A stretch of DNA of 32,000 nt from Aliivibrio fischeri ES114 (GCF_000011805.1 NC_006841.2), one strand, 5' to 3'; shown: positions 8,975-24,728, counted from the first letter of the stretch. Notes: generated by a model not told the origin, from the letters alone. Translations and numbers: made by a program.

Positions 8975-10978
8975 TTAATTATTTATTAGAGATAAAAGAA
9001 AAATATATTCAAACGCTTGTTGTTTTAAAGCATCCCGTCTATTTGTTGAGTGTCCTTGATTAAAATGGGTTTCAAGTAAATAAGGACCTTTACCTGAACT
9101 GTTTCTTCTTATTTTGGTTAGGTATTTAGCGCCTTCCCAATAAGGCACTCGACTATCATTAAAACCAACTTGAACAAGAAGTGGGGGGTACTCTTGTTTA
9201 GAGATATTTAAATAAGGATCCGTTTTCTTCATGATATTTAATTCATCTTGAATTGTTGGATTTCCCCATTCACTATATTGTTGTAGTGTCAGTGGTAAAG
9301 AGCTATCAGACATACTATTAATGACATCGACAAAAGGTACATTGAGAGCTGCGCCTTGAAATAACTTTGGCTCTTGATTCAGTGCAGTTGCAATTAGAGT
9401 ACCGCCTGCACTTGACCCCAATGCGTAGATTTTTCGTTCCCCATTGCGATATAACTTCATCGATTTTGCTGCATTTATAAAATCAGTTGCGGCATTTTGA
9501 CGGTTTATCCCTCGACCTGCTTGATACCAATCTTCACCTTTGTAACCACCACCTCGAACATGAGCAATGGCATAAATTACTCCACGATCTAATAAGCTGA
9601 TTATTTGTGGCATGAAATAGGGTTTCATCGTGACGCCGTAAGCACCGTAACCGTATAAAAAAACAGGATTGGTATCGGTTAGCTTATCTTTCCTATAAGC
9701 AAGAGTTACCGGTAGTTCAATTCCATTATTTGTTACGATTATCTGTTCTGTTGCATACAAAGAAGCATCAATATTTGGATATTGATCTTCTAAGTACAGC
9801 GCTCTATTTAAGGTCGCAGTATTTACTTTTTCCCATTTTGGGCTTTGCACCATAGACATACTACGTAAGTAAAAGGTATCACTATTAAAATCACCAACAC
9901 GACTGATCCAAGCAACTTGGCCAGAGGTGGATAAAGAGGTTCTTAGTCTGATTTCTCCAGCAGTATTTAGATAAATTAACTGCGAGCTTTTATTATCGTT
10001 AACAGAAACAACGGGACCTGATTTAAATAAATAAAAGTCTGTAATTCTTTTGTTTTTCTGTGGTCGATAAAGTGGTAACCAATTGTTTATAATTGATATA
10101 TGTGCAATGTTTGCTGAATATAATATAAACAGGTTGTGTTCATGATTGCTATTTATTATGGCTTTGTTTTTAGCAATATCTGCGTAATATTCAACACCTT
10201 CTTGTCGAGTCTTTATTGGTAAAGAGAGATGTGTACTTGTTAAGTTTAAAATTCTTTGTTCAGTGCTATTGCTGTTATTAGATTGTACCATCGCATATTG
10301 ATGATCACTTGAAAGATAAAAAGACAGTAGCCATTCTTTATCTTTTTCAGTGAAAAGAGACGTTATGTTTTGTTGCTGTGTATCAAACTGAATTAATTCA
10401 AAAGGTCGTAATGAATATTTTTCTTGTTTGATAAGGTACACATAACGGTCATCTTTAGACCAAGTAACAGTAGGCTCAACGTGATGTGTTAACGTTGTTA
10501 TCGATTGTGTTCTTAAATCAACAATACTGGCTTGGTATTGTTCAGTTCCTGTCAAATCTTCGGTAATGACGAGTTTATTATGATCATTACTTAAATCCCA
10601 GCCACCAAGGTGATAGTAATCGAATTGATTCGCTCGGTTAGAGATATTGAATAATACAGTGATCTTTTTTGTTTTTAATGAACGCGAAAGTATTTGGCGC
10701 AGACCATTATATTGAGTCACTGTGTATTCTGAATCACCAATTATTTTCCACGGAGACTCCGATTTTATTGGTTGGTTATGTTGCCACTCTTCGACCAATG
10801 CATCCGTTTTAGGCTTAACTTTTGTTTTGAATTCATAAGTTAATTTATTTTCATTATTTAAATACTTTAAAACCTCAGGATTAGATCGTGAACTATCTTT
10901 TAGCCAATTCAAATTATCTTGAGCGAAAGTTAAAGAAGAAAATAGAACTAAGCAGTAAAGAACATTAAGAAATTTCAT
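8975..10978 (-). CDS. Exported S9A prolyl oligopeptidase-family serine peptidase
   Basis: Start moved to the ATG at 10978 giving signal peptide MKFLNVLYCLVLFSSLTFAQ; catalytic GSSAGGTL serine, VGFNDSRVPYWE aspartate, THFNQGHST histidine region; YGAYGV...IAHVRGGG typical of S9A. Confidence 0.9.
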   Translation of the reverse strand: MKFLNVLYCLVLFSSLTFAQDNLNWLKDSSRSNPEVLKYLNNENKLTYEFKTKVKPKTDALVEEWQHNQPIKSESPWKIIGDSEYTVTQYNGLRQILSRSLKTKKITVLFNISNRANQFDYYHLGGWDLSNDHNKLVITEDLTGTEQYQASIVDLRTQSITTLTHHVEPTVTWSKDDRYVYLIKQEKYSLRPFELIQFDTQQQNITSLFTEKDKEWLLSFYLSSDHQYAMVQSNNSNSTEQRILNLTSTHLSLPIKTRQEGVEYYADIAKNKAIINSNHEHNLFILYSANIAHISIINNWLPLYRPQKNKRITDFYLFKSGPVVSVNDNKSSQLIYLNTAGEIRLRTSLSTSGQVAWISRVGDFNSDTFYLRSMSMVQSPKWEKVNTATLNRALYLEDQYPNIDASLYATEQIIVTNNGIELPVTLAYRKDKLTDTNPVFLYGYGAYGVTMKPYFMPQIISLLDRGVIYAIAHVRGGGYKGEDWYQAGRGINRQNAATDFINAAKSMKLYRNGERKIYALGSSAGGTLIATALNQEPKLFQGAALNVPFVDVINSMSDSSLPLTLQQYSEWGNPTIQDELNIMKKTDPYLNISKQEYPPLLVQVGFNDSRVPYWEGAKYLTKIRRNSSGKGPYLLETHFNQGHSTNRRDALKQQAFEYIFLLSLINN

Positions 10979-11039
10979 AAGTACAGCAAATCCATGAGTC
11001 AATTTAATTAACACGGCGAATGCTACACATTAATACGAA

Positions 11040-11059
11040 TGAGATCAATTATCATTTTC
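11040..11059 (-). promoter_or_regulatory. Candidate Fur box upstream of the peptidase/TonB-receptor cluster
   Basis: Minus strand GAAAATGATAATTGATCTC matches the 19-bp Fur consensus GATAATGATAATCATTATC at 14/19; TGATAATTGATCTCA matches TGATAATnATTATCA at 11/14. About 60-80 bp upstream of the 10978 start. Confidence 0.55.
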
Positions 11060-11217
11060 ATTTCTTTTTATTGTTATTGTGATGACCATCTTGTTATTAG
11101 CGTGGGAATTGACGTTGTTTTACACTTGATTTGTAGATTTTTAATGATTTTTGGACTAAGGCTTAACTTCAAGAGGAGGGAAGCATACAGTTATGACTTA
11201 AACTGTATGCATTAATA

Positions 11218-11685
11218 TTATTTTTCTAGATTTGCTAATAGCTTTTCACAGGTCGCTTTTAATTGTTGCAGTTCTTCAAGTTGTAATTGGCTTTTACAAA
11301 AAATACCGTTAGGTACAGATAGGGCTTTGTTTTTTAGTTCAATACCTTGTTTTGTAAGGAAAACCAAACGGATGCGTTCGTCTTCTTTGCTGCGCTCCCT
11401 TGTGACTATCCCTTTTGATTCTAATCGCTTAAGTAAAGGGGTTAGGGTGCCAGAGTCAAGGTGTAGATCATGTCCTAGATCTTTTACATTAATGCCATTT
11501 TTTTCCCAAATAACCATCATTGCGAGATATTGAGGATAGGTAAGATCCAATGTATTGAGTAATGGACGATAGGCTCTGATCATGGCATTAGATGCGCTGT
11601 ATAAAGAGAAACATACTTGATTCTTAAGTAATAATTGAGGGGAATCAATATTATTTTTATCTTGTGTTTTGTTTTGTTTTTCCAT
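11218..11685 (-). CDS. ohrR: MarR-family organic-hydroperoxide regulator OhrR
   Basis: Start moved to MEKQNKTQDK; LLLKNQVCFSLYSASNAMIRAYRPLL with redox-sensing Cys, winged helix LHLDSGTLTPLLKRLESKGIVTRERSKEDERIRLVFLT; divergent from ohr. Confidence 0.92.
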   Translation of the reverse strand: MEKQNKTQDKNNIDSPQLLLKNQVCFSLYSASNAMIRAYRPLLNTLDLTYPQYLAMMVIWEKNGINVKDLGHDLHLDSGTLTPLLKRLESKGIVTRERSKEDERIRLVFLTKQGIELKNKALSVPNGIFCKSQLQLEELQQLKATCEKLLANLEK

Positions 11686-11706
11686 TGATGCCTCTTTAAA
11701 TAAAAA

Positions 11707-11782
11707 TAGATTGTGCACAATATACTTGTATTTCATTTAAGAATCGACATATACTGAAGGAAATTAAGTTGCACACAATCTA
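11707..11782. promoter_or_regulatory. Paired operator-like repeats in the ohrR/ohr divergent region (probable OhrR sites)
   Basis: TAGATTGTGCACAA at 11707-11720 (containing the perfect palindrome ATTGTGCACAAT, 11710-11721) and the inverted copy TTGCACACAATCTA at 11769-11782 (12/14 match). Confidence 0.65.
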
Positions 11783-11835
11783 ATTACTGACAATTTTTAT
11801 AGATTAAATAGAATTTAGAATAAAGGGGCACCATC

Positions 11836-12258
11836 ATGACAACATTGTATACAACAAAAGCAACGGCTTTGGCTGGACGTAATGGTCAAGTAAAAACAGA
11901 TGATAATATGCTTGATCTCGCATTAAGTTATCCAAAAGAAATGGGTGGTACAGGGGAAGCAACGAACCCTGAGCAGTTGTTTGCAGCAGGTTATTCAGCG
12001 TGTTTTTCAAATGCGATTCTTCATGTGGCTCGTGAAATGAAAATTAAGTTAACTCAAGCTCCTGTGACTGCTGAAGTTGGTATAGGCCCAAATAGTGCGG
12101 GTGGTTTTGCTTTAACGGTTGTGCTTGCTGTTGTACTTGATTTAGAAGATCAACAAGCACAGCAATTAGTAAAAACAGCGCATCAAGTTTGTCCATATTC
12201 GAATGCGGTTAAAGGGAATATTGATGTAAAACTCTCTGTAAATGGCGTAGCTCTTTAA
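11836..12258 (+). CDS. ohr: Organic hydroperoxide resistance protein Ohr (OsmC/Ohr family)
   Basis: 140 aa with both catalytic Cys contexts (AAGYSACFSNA, AHQVCPYSNA) and the N-terminal YTTKATALAGRNG. Confidence 0.96.
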   Translation: MTTLYTTKATALAGRNGQVKTDDNMLDLALSYPKEMGGTGEATNPEQLFAAGYSACFSNAILHVAREMKIKLTQAPVTAEVGIGPNSAGGFALTVVLAVVLDLEDQQAQQLVKTAHQVCPYSNAVKGNIDVKLSVNGVAL

Positions 12259-12276
12259 CTCGTAAGGAATGATTAA

Positions 12277-12672
12277 ATGAACACGTTATTATTGACGGCA
12301 GGGCGTGTACTTCTTGCTTTGTACTTTTTGATCCCAGGTATCATGAAGTTTGTATCTTGGGATATGCACATCCAGTTGATGGAAAAGCATGAGATGCCGT
12401 TTGTGCCTGTTTTGCTAGGGCTCGCTGGTGTTTTCCAGATTGGTGCCGCGATTTTATTGATTGCAAATCGCTTTACGTGGATCGTTGCTTTGTTATTAGC
12501 TGGCTTAGTACTTGTGATTAATGTCTCTTTACATGATTTCTGGAATTATTCAGGGATGGAAGGCGCGCATGAAATGCAAAATTTCATTAAAAACTTAGGC
12601 ATTTTTGCTGGTTTACTCGTGCTTTCAGGTCACTCTATGCCTGAGTGTTGCAAGACAAAAAAGAAGTCATAA
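12277..12672 (+). CDS. DoxX-family membrane protein
   Basis: 131 aa; GRVLLALYFLIPGIMKFVSW...KHEMPFVPVLLGLAGVFQIGAAILL...FWNY typical of DoxX; 18 bp downstream of ohr. Confidence 0.85.
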   Translation: MNTLLLTAGRVLLALYFLIPGIMKFVSWDMHIQLMEKHEMPFVPVLLGLAGVFQIGAAILLIANRFTWIVALLLAGLVLVINVSLHDFWNYSGMEGAHEMQNFIKNLGIFAGLLVLSGHSMPECCKTKKKS

Positions 12673-12696
12673 TAAAACGTGAGTAGCACAATGAAG

Positions 12697-12732
12697 AAAG
12701 GGATATGAAATTAACCATATCCCTTTTTTTAT
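12697..12732. terminator. Terminator between the convergent doxX and ygjK genes
   Basis: AAAGGGATATG-AAATTAAC-CATATCCCTTT followed by TTTTT. Confidence 0.85.
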
Positions 12733-12753
12733 TAATTAGCTAATGTGATCTAC

Positions 12754-15141
<2,388 letters not shown>

Positions 15142-15154
15142 TTATTCTCAGTTA

Positions 15155-15168
15155 AGTAAAGTTTTACT
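15155..15168. promoter_or_regulatory. Candidate EbgR/LacI-type operator upstream of ygjK
   Basis: AGTAAAGTTTTACT, perfect 6-bp inverted arms around GT, 23 bp upstream of the ygjK start. Confidence 0.6.
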
Positions 15169-15262
15169 AAATTTAACTTTTGCATAGTAGTTATAAATGA
15201 GAGGAGTTTCAGTGAAGCTTGTCTCACAAAGTTAAACAAGCTTCATAAACGGTGTGACCTAC

Positions 15263-16270
<1,008 letters not shown>

Positions 16271-16550
16271 TCACTGTAGTAGAATTCATTTTTATAGGTA
16301 AATATTGGGAAACAACGCTTCTGTAATTGTGTTTGTAGCGATGACCAATAAGAGAAAGAATATCGATGAGAAGGTTGAAATAGTAGGTTATAAAGGGAAA
16401 AGTGTGAGTATGTTAAGACGATTTTTACTTATATTTACCTAAATTTTTACTTATGAAGAAATCACATGATTTGATTTTTAGAATCGCTATGATTACCGTT
16501 TTAGTAATGAAAATTAAGCGTTGATATGTATCTGTATAGATTGATTGAAT

Positions 16551-16582
16551 AAAAAAGGCACTGAATATTATCAGTGCCTTTT
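16551..16582 (-). terminator. Terminator after the ygjI paralog 16622-18046
   Basis: AAAAGGCACTGA-ATATTA-TCAGTGCCTTTT, perfect 12-bp stem; T-run on the minus strand. Confidence 0.85.
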
Positions 16583-16621
16583 GTCATATCTAGGGGAAAC
16601 TAAATGCTAATTTGTTTCGTG

Positions 16622-18140
<1,519 letters not shown>

Positions 18141-18156
18141 TGTGAGATGTGTCATT
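18141..18156. promoter_or_regulatory. Candidate CRP site
   Basis: TGTGA-GATGTG-TCATT matches TGTGA-N6-TCACA at 8/10; directly abuts the inverted repeat. Confidence 0.35.
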
Positions 18157-18968
18157 AAATAATGAAGAAAAAATAAGCAAAGTGTGATGATGATCTATTC
18201 TAATGTGATGAAACGATAGTTAGGTTAGTGGTTATTCTTAAATAAGGTATCGTTAAAAAGATGAATGTTCGTAATGACATTGTGGTGGTAGTACGAAGGT
18301 CTTTCTTTTTATTCTATTGATTGTCACGGTCACTTTAGAACAAATACTCACCACTTAGTCTGAAGATGTGTTGTGCCGTTGATCGTTAATTATTTAGATA
18401 AACGAGATTAATCTAAATAATTCAAACTTATTTTGGGTATAAATAAGTAAATATTTCAATAAGTGTAAAGATATGAAATTATTTATGTTTGGTGGTAAAT
18501 TATTTAGAGCAAACAAAATAAAAATATTGACCTTGTTGTAATTGCAGAATATAAGGTAGGGAAATTTTAAGTGCCTCATATAAGGGTTAAGTTATTAATT
18601 TTATAATTTATTTTTTTTAGCATGTCTTTTTTACATACTAGATAGCAATGATTAAAAATTTGAATGGAACGATATCGATGTATTAAAATTTCTAATGAAG
18701 TGAGTTTTATAGACAAGTTTCATGCTTTAAAGATATACAGAAGAATTCGTAGCTTTAAGTTATATGACATGAATTTATTTTTATCGACTGCATCAGAGAT
18801 AAAATCATTTTTATTTAATACAGAGACAACAGAAGGTTAAACTGATAGAGCTGTTTTGAGTTTTTATTTTATTGGTTTCATTAAAAATAGTAATGGTTTG
18901 GTCATCAAAAGGTGATTCATTTATTTTCATAAGTGATTTATCTGTACTTGTAGTATGTAAATTAAAAA

Positions 18969-20300
18969 ATGTTTAATGTTAAATTATTTGGATTAGATAA
19001 GCTTTTCTTATTTGTGGTTTTGTTTTTGTGCATTTTTGCATCGATAATTTATTATCATATATATTCCATATCAATTTTAGAGAAAAGTATTCACATTAAT
19101 TACCAAAAGGTTGTTGACGTAACAAAGCGGTTTCATGGCTATTACATAAATTCGGATACGATATCTTTAAAAAAAGGCGTTCATGATAATGATGGCGTAG
19201 GCGTTATTGTTAATAAACTAGGGGACGTTAAAGTATTATCTCCAGCTATAAATCAGCTTTATAAGAGCTTATCTGGAGTGATAGAATCAAAATATATATG
19301 GACTGTTGCTGTTATAGATAAGTTGCATAATGAAAATACAGAGAACTCATACTTTAAGCCTTTAAGAGATGGTTATCTTAGATTTAACAATAAGTCATTG
19401 CATGATTCAAATATATTAGAAAGCATAGTTAATTTAGAAAGCTTGAAAGTTAGTTATAAATCTTTCCATCATGATGATGTGAGAATTACTGAGATATATA
19501 AAGAGCAATGGACAGGTGAAAAAATATACTCAGTTATTTATCCTATTTATTTAGATACAAGGTTAACTTCGGTTATTATTGTAGATATTAAAAGAGGCTG
19601 GAATTCTCTTTTAATTGAAAAGTTTAATCAGAAACGTTGGACTCATTTTTATTATGGAAAAGGTGTTAATTGGGCAACATTTACTCTTGCATTGCCATAT
19701 ACATCGGATAAATATTCACCAGATGTAAGTATTGATCTTCTTTCAATATTGATAGGTAGCTTTTATATATCTTGTGTTGTCTTCTTTGCCGCATTATGTG
19801 GTTATTATTTTTATGTAAAAGTAACCATAATGAGAAGCTACGATCATATGACGGGGTTTTATCGTCGTGATTTTTATGAACCAAAATTGAAAGCATTAGA
19901 ATCAGCTTCTTTTTTAATGATAGATATCGACCATTTTAAGCGAGTAAATGATACTTATGGGCATGACTTTGGTGATGTTGTTATTCAAGAAGTAGCGCAT
20001 CGTATACAAAACTGCATTAGAGTAAATGATATTGCTATTCGCTGGGGTGGCGAAGAGTTCATTGTTATCTTTCAAAAAATAAATCAAGATGACCTTATGA
20101 ATAAGGCGGAATCCATTAGAGAAGTAATAGAAAGCAAATCAATTGATGGAATAGAAATTACGATATCTATTGGTGGAGCCACCCAAAGAGACTTTGAAGC
20201 CGTTAGTGATGCAATAAAGAGAGCTGATATTGCGCTTTATTATTCTAAAAATGCAGGCCGTAACATAGTTACATTAGATAAGAACAATTATGATTTTTAG
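18969..20300 (+). CDS. Membrane GGDEF diguanylate cyclase with extracytoplasmic sensor domain (first of tandem pair)
   Basis: TM helix, periplasmic region, second TM, then DHMTGFYRRDFYE...MIDIDHFKRVNDTYGHDFGD...RVNDIAIRWGGEEF (RxxD I-site and GGEEF active site) ...RADIALYYSKNAGRN. Confidence 0.95.
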   Translation: MFNVKLFGLDKLFLFVVLFLCIFASIIYYHIYSISILEKSIHINYQKVVDVTKRFHGYYINSDTISLKKGVHDNDGVGVIVNKLGDVKVLSPAINQLYKSLSGVIESKYIWTVAVIDKLHNENTENSYFKPLRDGYLRFNNKSLHDSNILESIVNLESLKVSYKSFHHDDVRITEIYKEQWTGEKIYSVIYPIYLDTRLTSVIIVDIKRGWNSLLIEKFNQKRWTHFYYGKGVNWATFTLALPYTSDKYSPDVSIDLLSILIGSFYISCVVFFAALCGYYFYVKVTIMRSYDHMTGFYRRDFYEPKLKALESASFLMIDIDHFKRVNDTYGHDFGDVVIQEVAHRIQNCIRVNDIAIRWGGEEFIVIFQKINQDDLMNKAESIREVIESKSIDGIEITISIGGATQRDFEAVSDAIKRADIALYYSKNAGRNIVTLDKNNYDF

Positions 20301-21618
20301 CAATGTTGATAATAATAATATGTATGTAAAGTTTTTCTTATGCTCATTTATACTGTCAGGATATATATTGTATCAATATAACAGGTTAGAAATAGAATCG
20401 TTTAAAATGGAGTTTCAAAGTAATATAAATAGGCTTTATGATACAATTAGGAAAATAACACCATATTATTTAAATACTAATACAGTAGAGCTATATAAAG
20501 GAACGTATACTATTGATGAAGTTTCTGTGATGGTAAATGAAAATAGTAAGGTAAAGGAGTTATCTTTAGGTATAAATTTATTAGAAACAGAGATAAGGAA
20601 GTATATCGGTGATGACTATTGGAGTATTGCAATTATACAAAAGTCAGACACAAATACAGATTCAAATACCGCACATTTTAAGCCGTTACGTGACATCCAT
20701 GTTAATTTAAATTCAGATATGAAATATGATAGAAACTGGATAGATAGAATATTAATCAACGAAAAAATATCAAGTAACTATCATGTTTTATCATTATGCG
20801 ATTTGAAGTTAACAGAACCATATGTTGAGAAAATCTCAGAGCAAAAAGTTAGGAGCATATTTTACCCTATATATGTTAATAAAAATCTAACCGCAATGTT
20901 TTTATTGGATATTAAAGATTCCGTATTTGATAGTTGGTTGAATGAATTTAACACAGATAGATTTAGTTTTTTATATTATATCAATAATGAAAATCCATTT
21001 TTTTCTTTAGATGATTCAATAGATATTCCTTGTTCTCCAATTGAAAACATATTGGGATTATCAATAAATATAAACAAAATAATGATATGGAGCTTGTTAT
21101 TTGCGTTTGTTATTACAGGCGGGTTCATTTTTATTGAAAAAACACTACGAAAGTTTATTTTTTATTGCACTCTCGATGATATGACTGGCCTTTATCGTCG
21201 TGATTTCTATGAAATGAAGCTTAATCATTTATTAGATAAATCCATTATCATTGTTGATATTGATAAATTTAAAAGCATCAATGATAAATATGGTCACTCT
21301 AAAGGTGATGAAGTCATAACTGAGGTATGCCGTCGCTTAAGGCAATGCATTAGAGGTGATGATTTAGCCATTCGTTGGGGCGGTGAAGAGTTTGTTATTG
21401 TTTTAAGTAATGTTTCTAGTATTGATTTATTTAATCGTTCTGAAGCAATAAGGGTATCAGTGTCAGAAAGCCCAATTGCTGGTATGAATGTTTCTGTATC
21501 TATAGGGGCGGCAATAGGGAAGAAATCTTCTTTTAAACGTACGCTAAAAATGGCGGATACTGCATTGTATCAATCAAAAAATGCAGGAAGAAACAAAGTA
21601 ACGGTATTTGAAGGATAA
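20290..21618 (+). CDS. Membrane GGDEF diguanylate cyclase (second of tandem pair)
   Basis: DDMTGLYRRDFYE...IVDIDKFKSINDKYGHSKGD...RGDDLAIRWGGEEF; same sensor architecture as the preceding gene. Start may be 20290 (11-bp overlap) or the ATG at 20320. Confidence 0.94.
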   Translation: MIFSNVDNNNMYVKFFLCSFILSGYILYQYNRLEIESFKMEFQSNINRLYDTIRKITPYYLNTNTVELYKGTYTIDEVSVMVNENSKVKELSLGINLLETEIRKYIGDDYWSIAIIQKSDTNTDSNTAHFKPLRDIHVNLNSDMKYDRNWIDRILINEKISSNYHVLSLCDLKLTEPYVEKISEQKVRSIFYPIYVNKNLTAMFLLDIKDSVFDSWLNEFNTDRFSFLYYINNENPFFSLDDSIDIPCSPIENILGLSININKIMIWSLLFAFVITGGFIFIEKTLRKFIFYCTLDDMTGLYRRDFYEMKLNHLLDKSIIIVDIDKFKSINDKYGHSKGDEVITEVCRRLRQCIRGDDLAIRWGGEEFVIVLSNVSSIDLFNRSEAIRVSVSESPIAGMNVSVSIGAAIGKKSSFKRTLKMADTALYQSKNAGRNKVTVFEG

Positions 21619-21623
21619 TATAT

Positions 21624-23054
21624 ATGAAATTTATTACTAATAAATATATTGTTTATTTGTTGATCTTTGTAGTTTTTGTACAATTTTTTGTCGTTAAAGA
21701 TTATGAGAACTTTGTTGATAATAATGTTAGAAGTACAATCGAGAGTATTGAATATAAACTTGATTCAGCCAAAGAAACAGTCGGTGAGTTACAAAAGTTT
21801 AAAGAGAAAAATTGTGAAGAAATGATGTTACCTTTACAGAAGATTGTTGCTTTAAACCCAATGATAAATAGCATTTCATTTGTTCGCGATGGTGCTTACT
21901 ATTGTAGCTCTATTGCTGGTAAAAAGGTGTCTTCTGCGGTATTACCTAAAAGAGAGATTCATATACATGAAAAGAATTACTTAACTGGAATGCCAAGTTT
22001 TTCTTATTATCATCAGTATAATGACGATCATGGGGTTCAATTTTACATGAAGGGGATCTCTGTCGATTTGGGCGATAGCCCTGTTGGCCATCTATCTTTA
22101 TCAAATAAAGAATACGTGATATCGAAAAACAATGTATTTAGTGTGTATGTGCCAAATGAAAAGCAGACACATAAATCAGAAAAGTACGATTTTGTAATTT
22201 TACTGGACTATAATGCTGAACTATCAATAAAAAATTATCTTATTAGTCATGTACTTACGATTGTTATCGTCTTACTGCTAATCATGCTTATTAAAGTATT
22301 ATCATTTAAGCTTTCGTTATTAGATATTGAATTGATAAGGTTAAAAAAAGCAATTAAAAACAATAAGATAGTTCCTTTCATACAACCTATTGTTGATGCT
22401 AATGAAAATATCATTGGAGGGGAGGTATTAGCTCGATGGATTACCTCTTCAGGTGAGGTTATTCCGCCGTTGTCTTTTATTCCTAAAATAGAAAAGTTTG
22501 GTTTAATTAATGCAATGACGAAATCCTTATTAAATCAGCTTAAAGTGTATGTAAATGAGCATCAGGTTCATGGATTAAAAGTAAGCGTAAATTTTACTGA
22601 AAGCTGTCTTTATGATGAAGAAATGTACGAATTGTGTAAAGAGTTATCGGGACACTTTATATTGATTTTAGAATTTACAGAATCTATGGAATTTGCAGAT
22701 AAAAATAAGATAATTTCGTACATGGAAAAGTTTAGAAAAATTGGCGTTCAATTTTCCCTTGATGATTATGGAACAGGCTATTCATCATTGAAATATTTAA
22801 ACTACTACCAGTTTGATGTTATCAAAATTGATAAATCATTTATTGATGATATAGAAACGAATCAGCACTCTATCAAAATTATCGAGAACATTATCTTATT
22901 AGCCAACAATTTAGATATTCAATTAGTTGCGGAAGGTGTTGAGAACCATCGACAAAAGAAAATTCTTAATGATTTGAATATTTCAGCACAGCAAGGATTT
23001 TACTATTTCAAACCAATGCCTTTGGATAATTTTCATTCCATAATGCGTGATTAA
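21624..23054 (+). CDS. CSS-motif EAL-domain c-di-GMP phosphodiesterase
   Basis: N-terminal TM, periplasmic KNCEEMMLPLQKIVALNPMINSISFVRDGAYYCSSIAG (CSS motif), second TM, then QPIVDANENIIGGEVLARW...NFTES...LEFTES...LDDYGTGYSSLKYL...IKIDKSFI...VAEGVEN. Confidence 0.94.
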   Translation: MKFITNKYIVYLLIFVVFVQFFVVKDYENFVDNNVRSTIESIEYKLDSAKETVGELQKFKEKNCEEMMLPLQKIVALNPMINSISFVRDGAYYCSSIAGKKVSSAVLPKREIHIHEKNYLTGMPSFSYYHQYNDDHGVQFYMKGISVDLGDSPVGHLSLSNKEYVISKNNVFSVYVPNEKQTHKSEKYDFVILLDYNAELSIKNYLISHVLTIVIVLLLIMLIKVLSFKLSLLDIELIRLKKAIKNNKIVPFIQPIVDANENIIGGEVLARWITSSGEVIPPLSFIPKIEKFGLINAMTKSLLNQLKVYVNEHQVHGLKVSVNFTESCLYDEEMYELCKELSGHFILILEFTESMEFADKNKIISYMEKFRKIGVQFSLDDYGTGYSSLKYLNYYQFDVIKIDKSFIDDIETNQHSIKIIENIILLANNLDIQLVAEGVENHRQKKILNDLNISAQQGFYYFKPMPLDNFHSIMRD

Positions 23055-23074
23055 AACAAAAGGCGCATAAATGA

Positions 23075-23107
23075 AAAAAGATCCGAGAATATTATTCACG
23101 GATCTTT
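23075..23107 (-). terminator. Terminator of ygjI paralog 1 (convergent with the EAL gene)
   Basis: AAAGATCCG (23077-23085) / CGGATCTTT (23099-23107); minus-strand T-run follows the stem. Confidence 0.8.
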
Positions 23108-23124
23108 AGGTGCTAAGGTATTAA

Positions 23125-24660
<1,536 letters not shown>

Positions 24661-24728
24661 TTATTTTTTGGCTCTGAATGTAGTTTCAGATACCGTTTTA
24701 TTATTGTTTTATTACGGTGTTGCTTAGT

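Noticed and set aside
15211-15228. Possible CRP site AGTGA...TCACA near ygjK
   Set aside because: Spacing between half-sites is 8 nt rather than 6, and the left half is imperfect.
18394-18579. 61-aa minus-strand ORF in the AT-rich intergenic region
   Set aside because: Phe/Ile/Leu/Asn-rich composition expected by chance in AT-rich DNA; no clear ribosome site or family resemblance.
18157-18968. c-di-GMP (GEMM) riboswitch upstream of the cyclases
   Set aside because: Looked for the conserved GEMM core and tetraloop receptor pattern and did not see it; an Infernal/Rfam run would be decisive.
18969-23054. Mobile element carrying the c-di-GMP operon
   Set aside because: No transposase, integrase, terminal repeats or target duplication was recognisable at either side; the insertion idea rests only on synteny.
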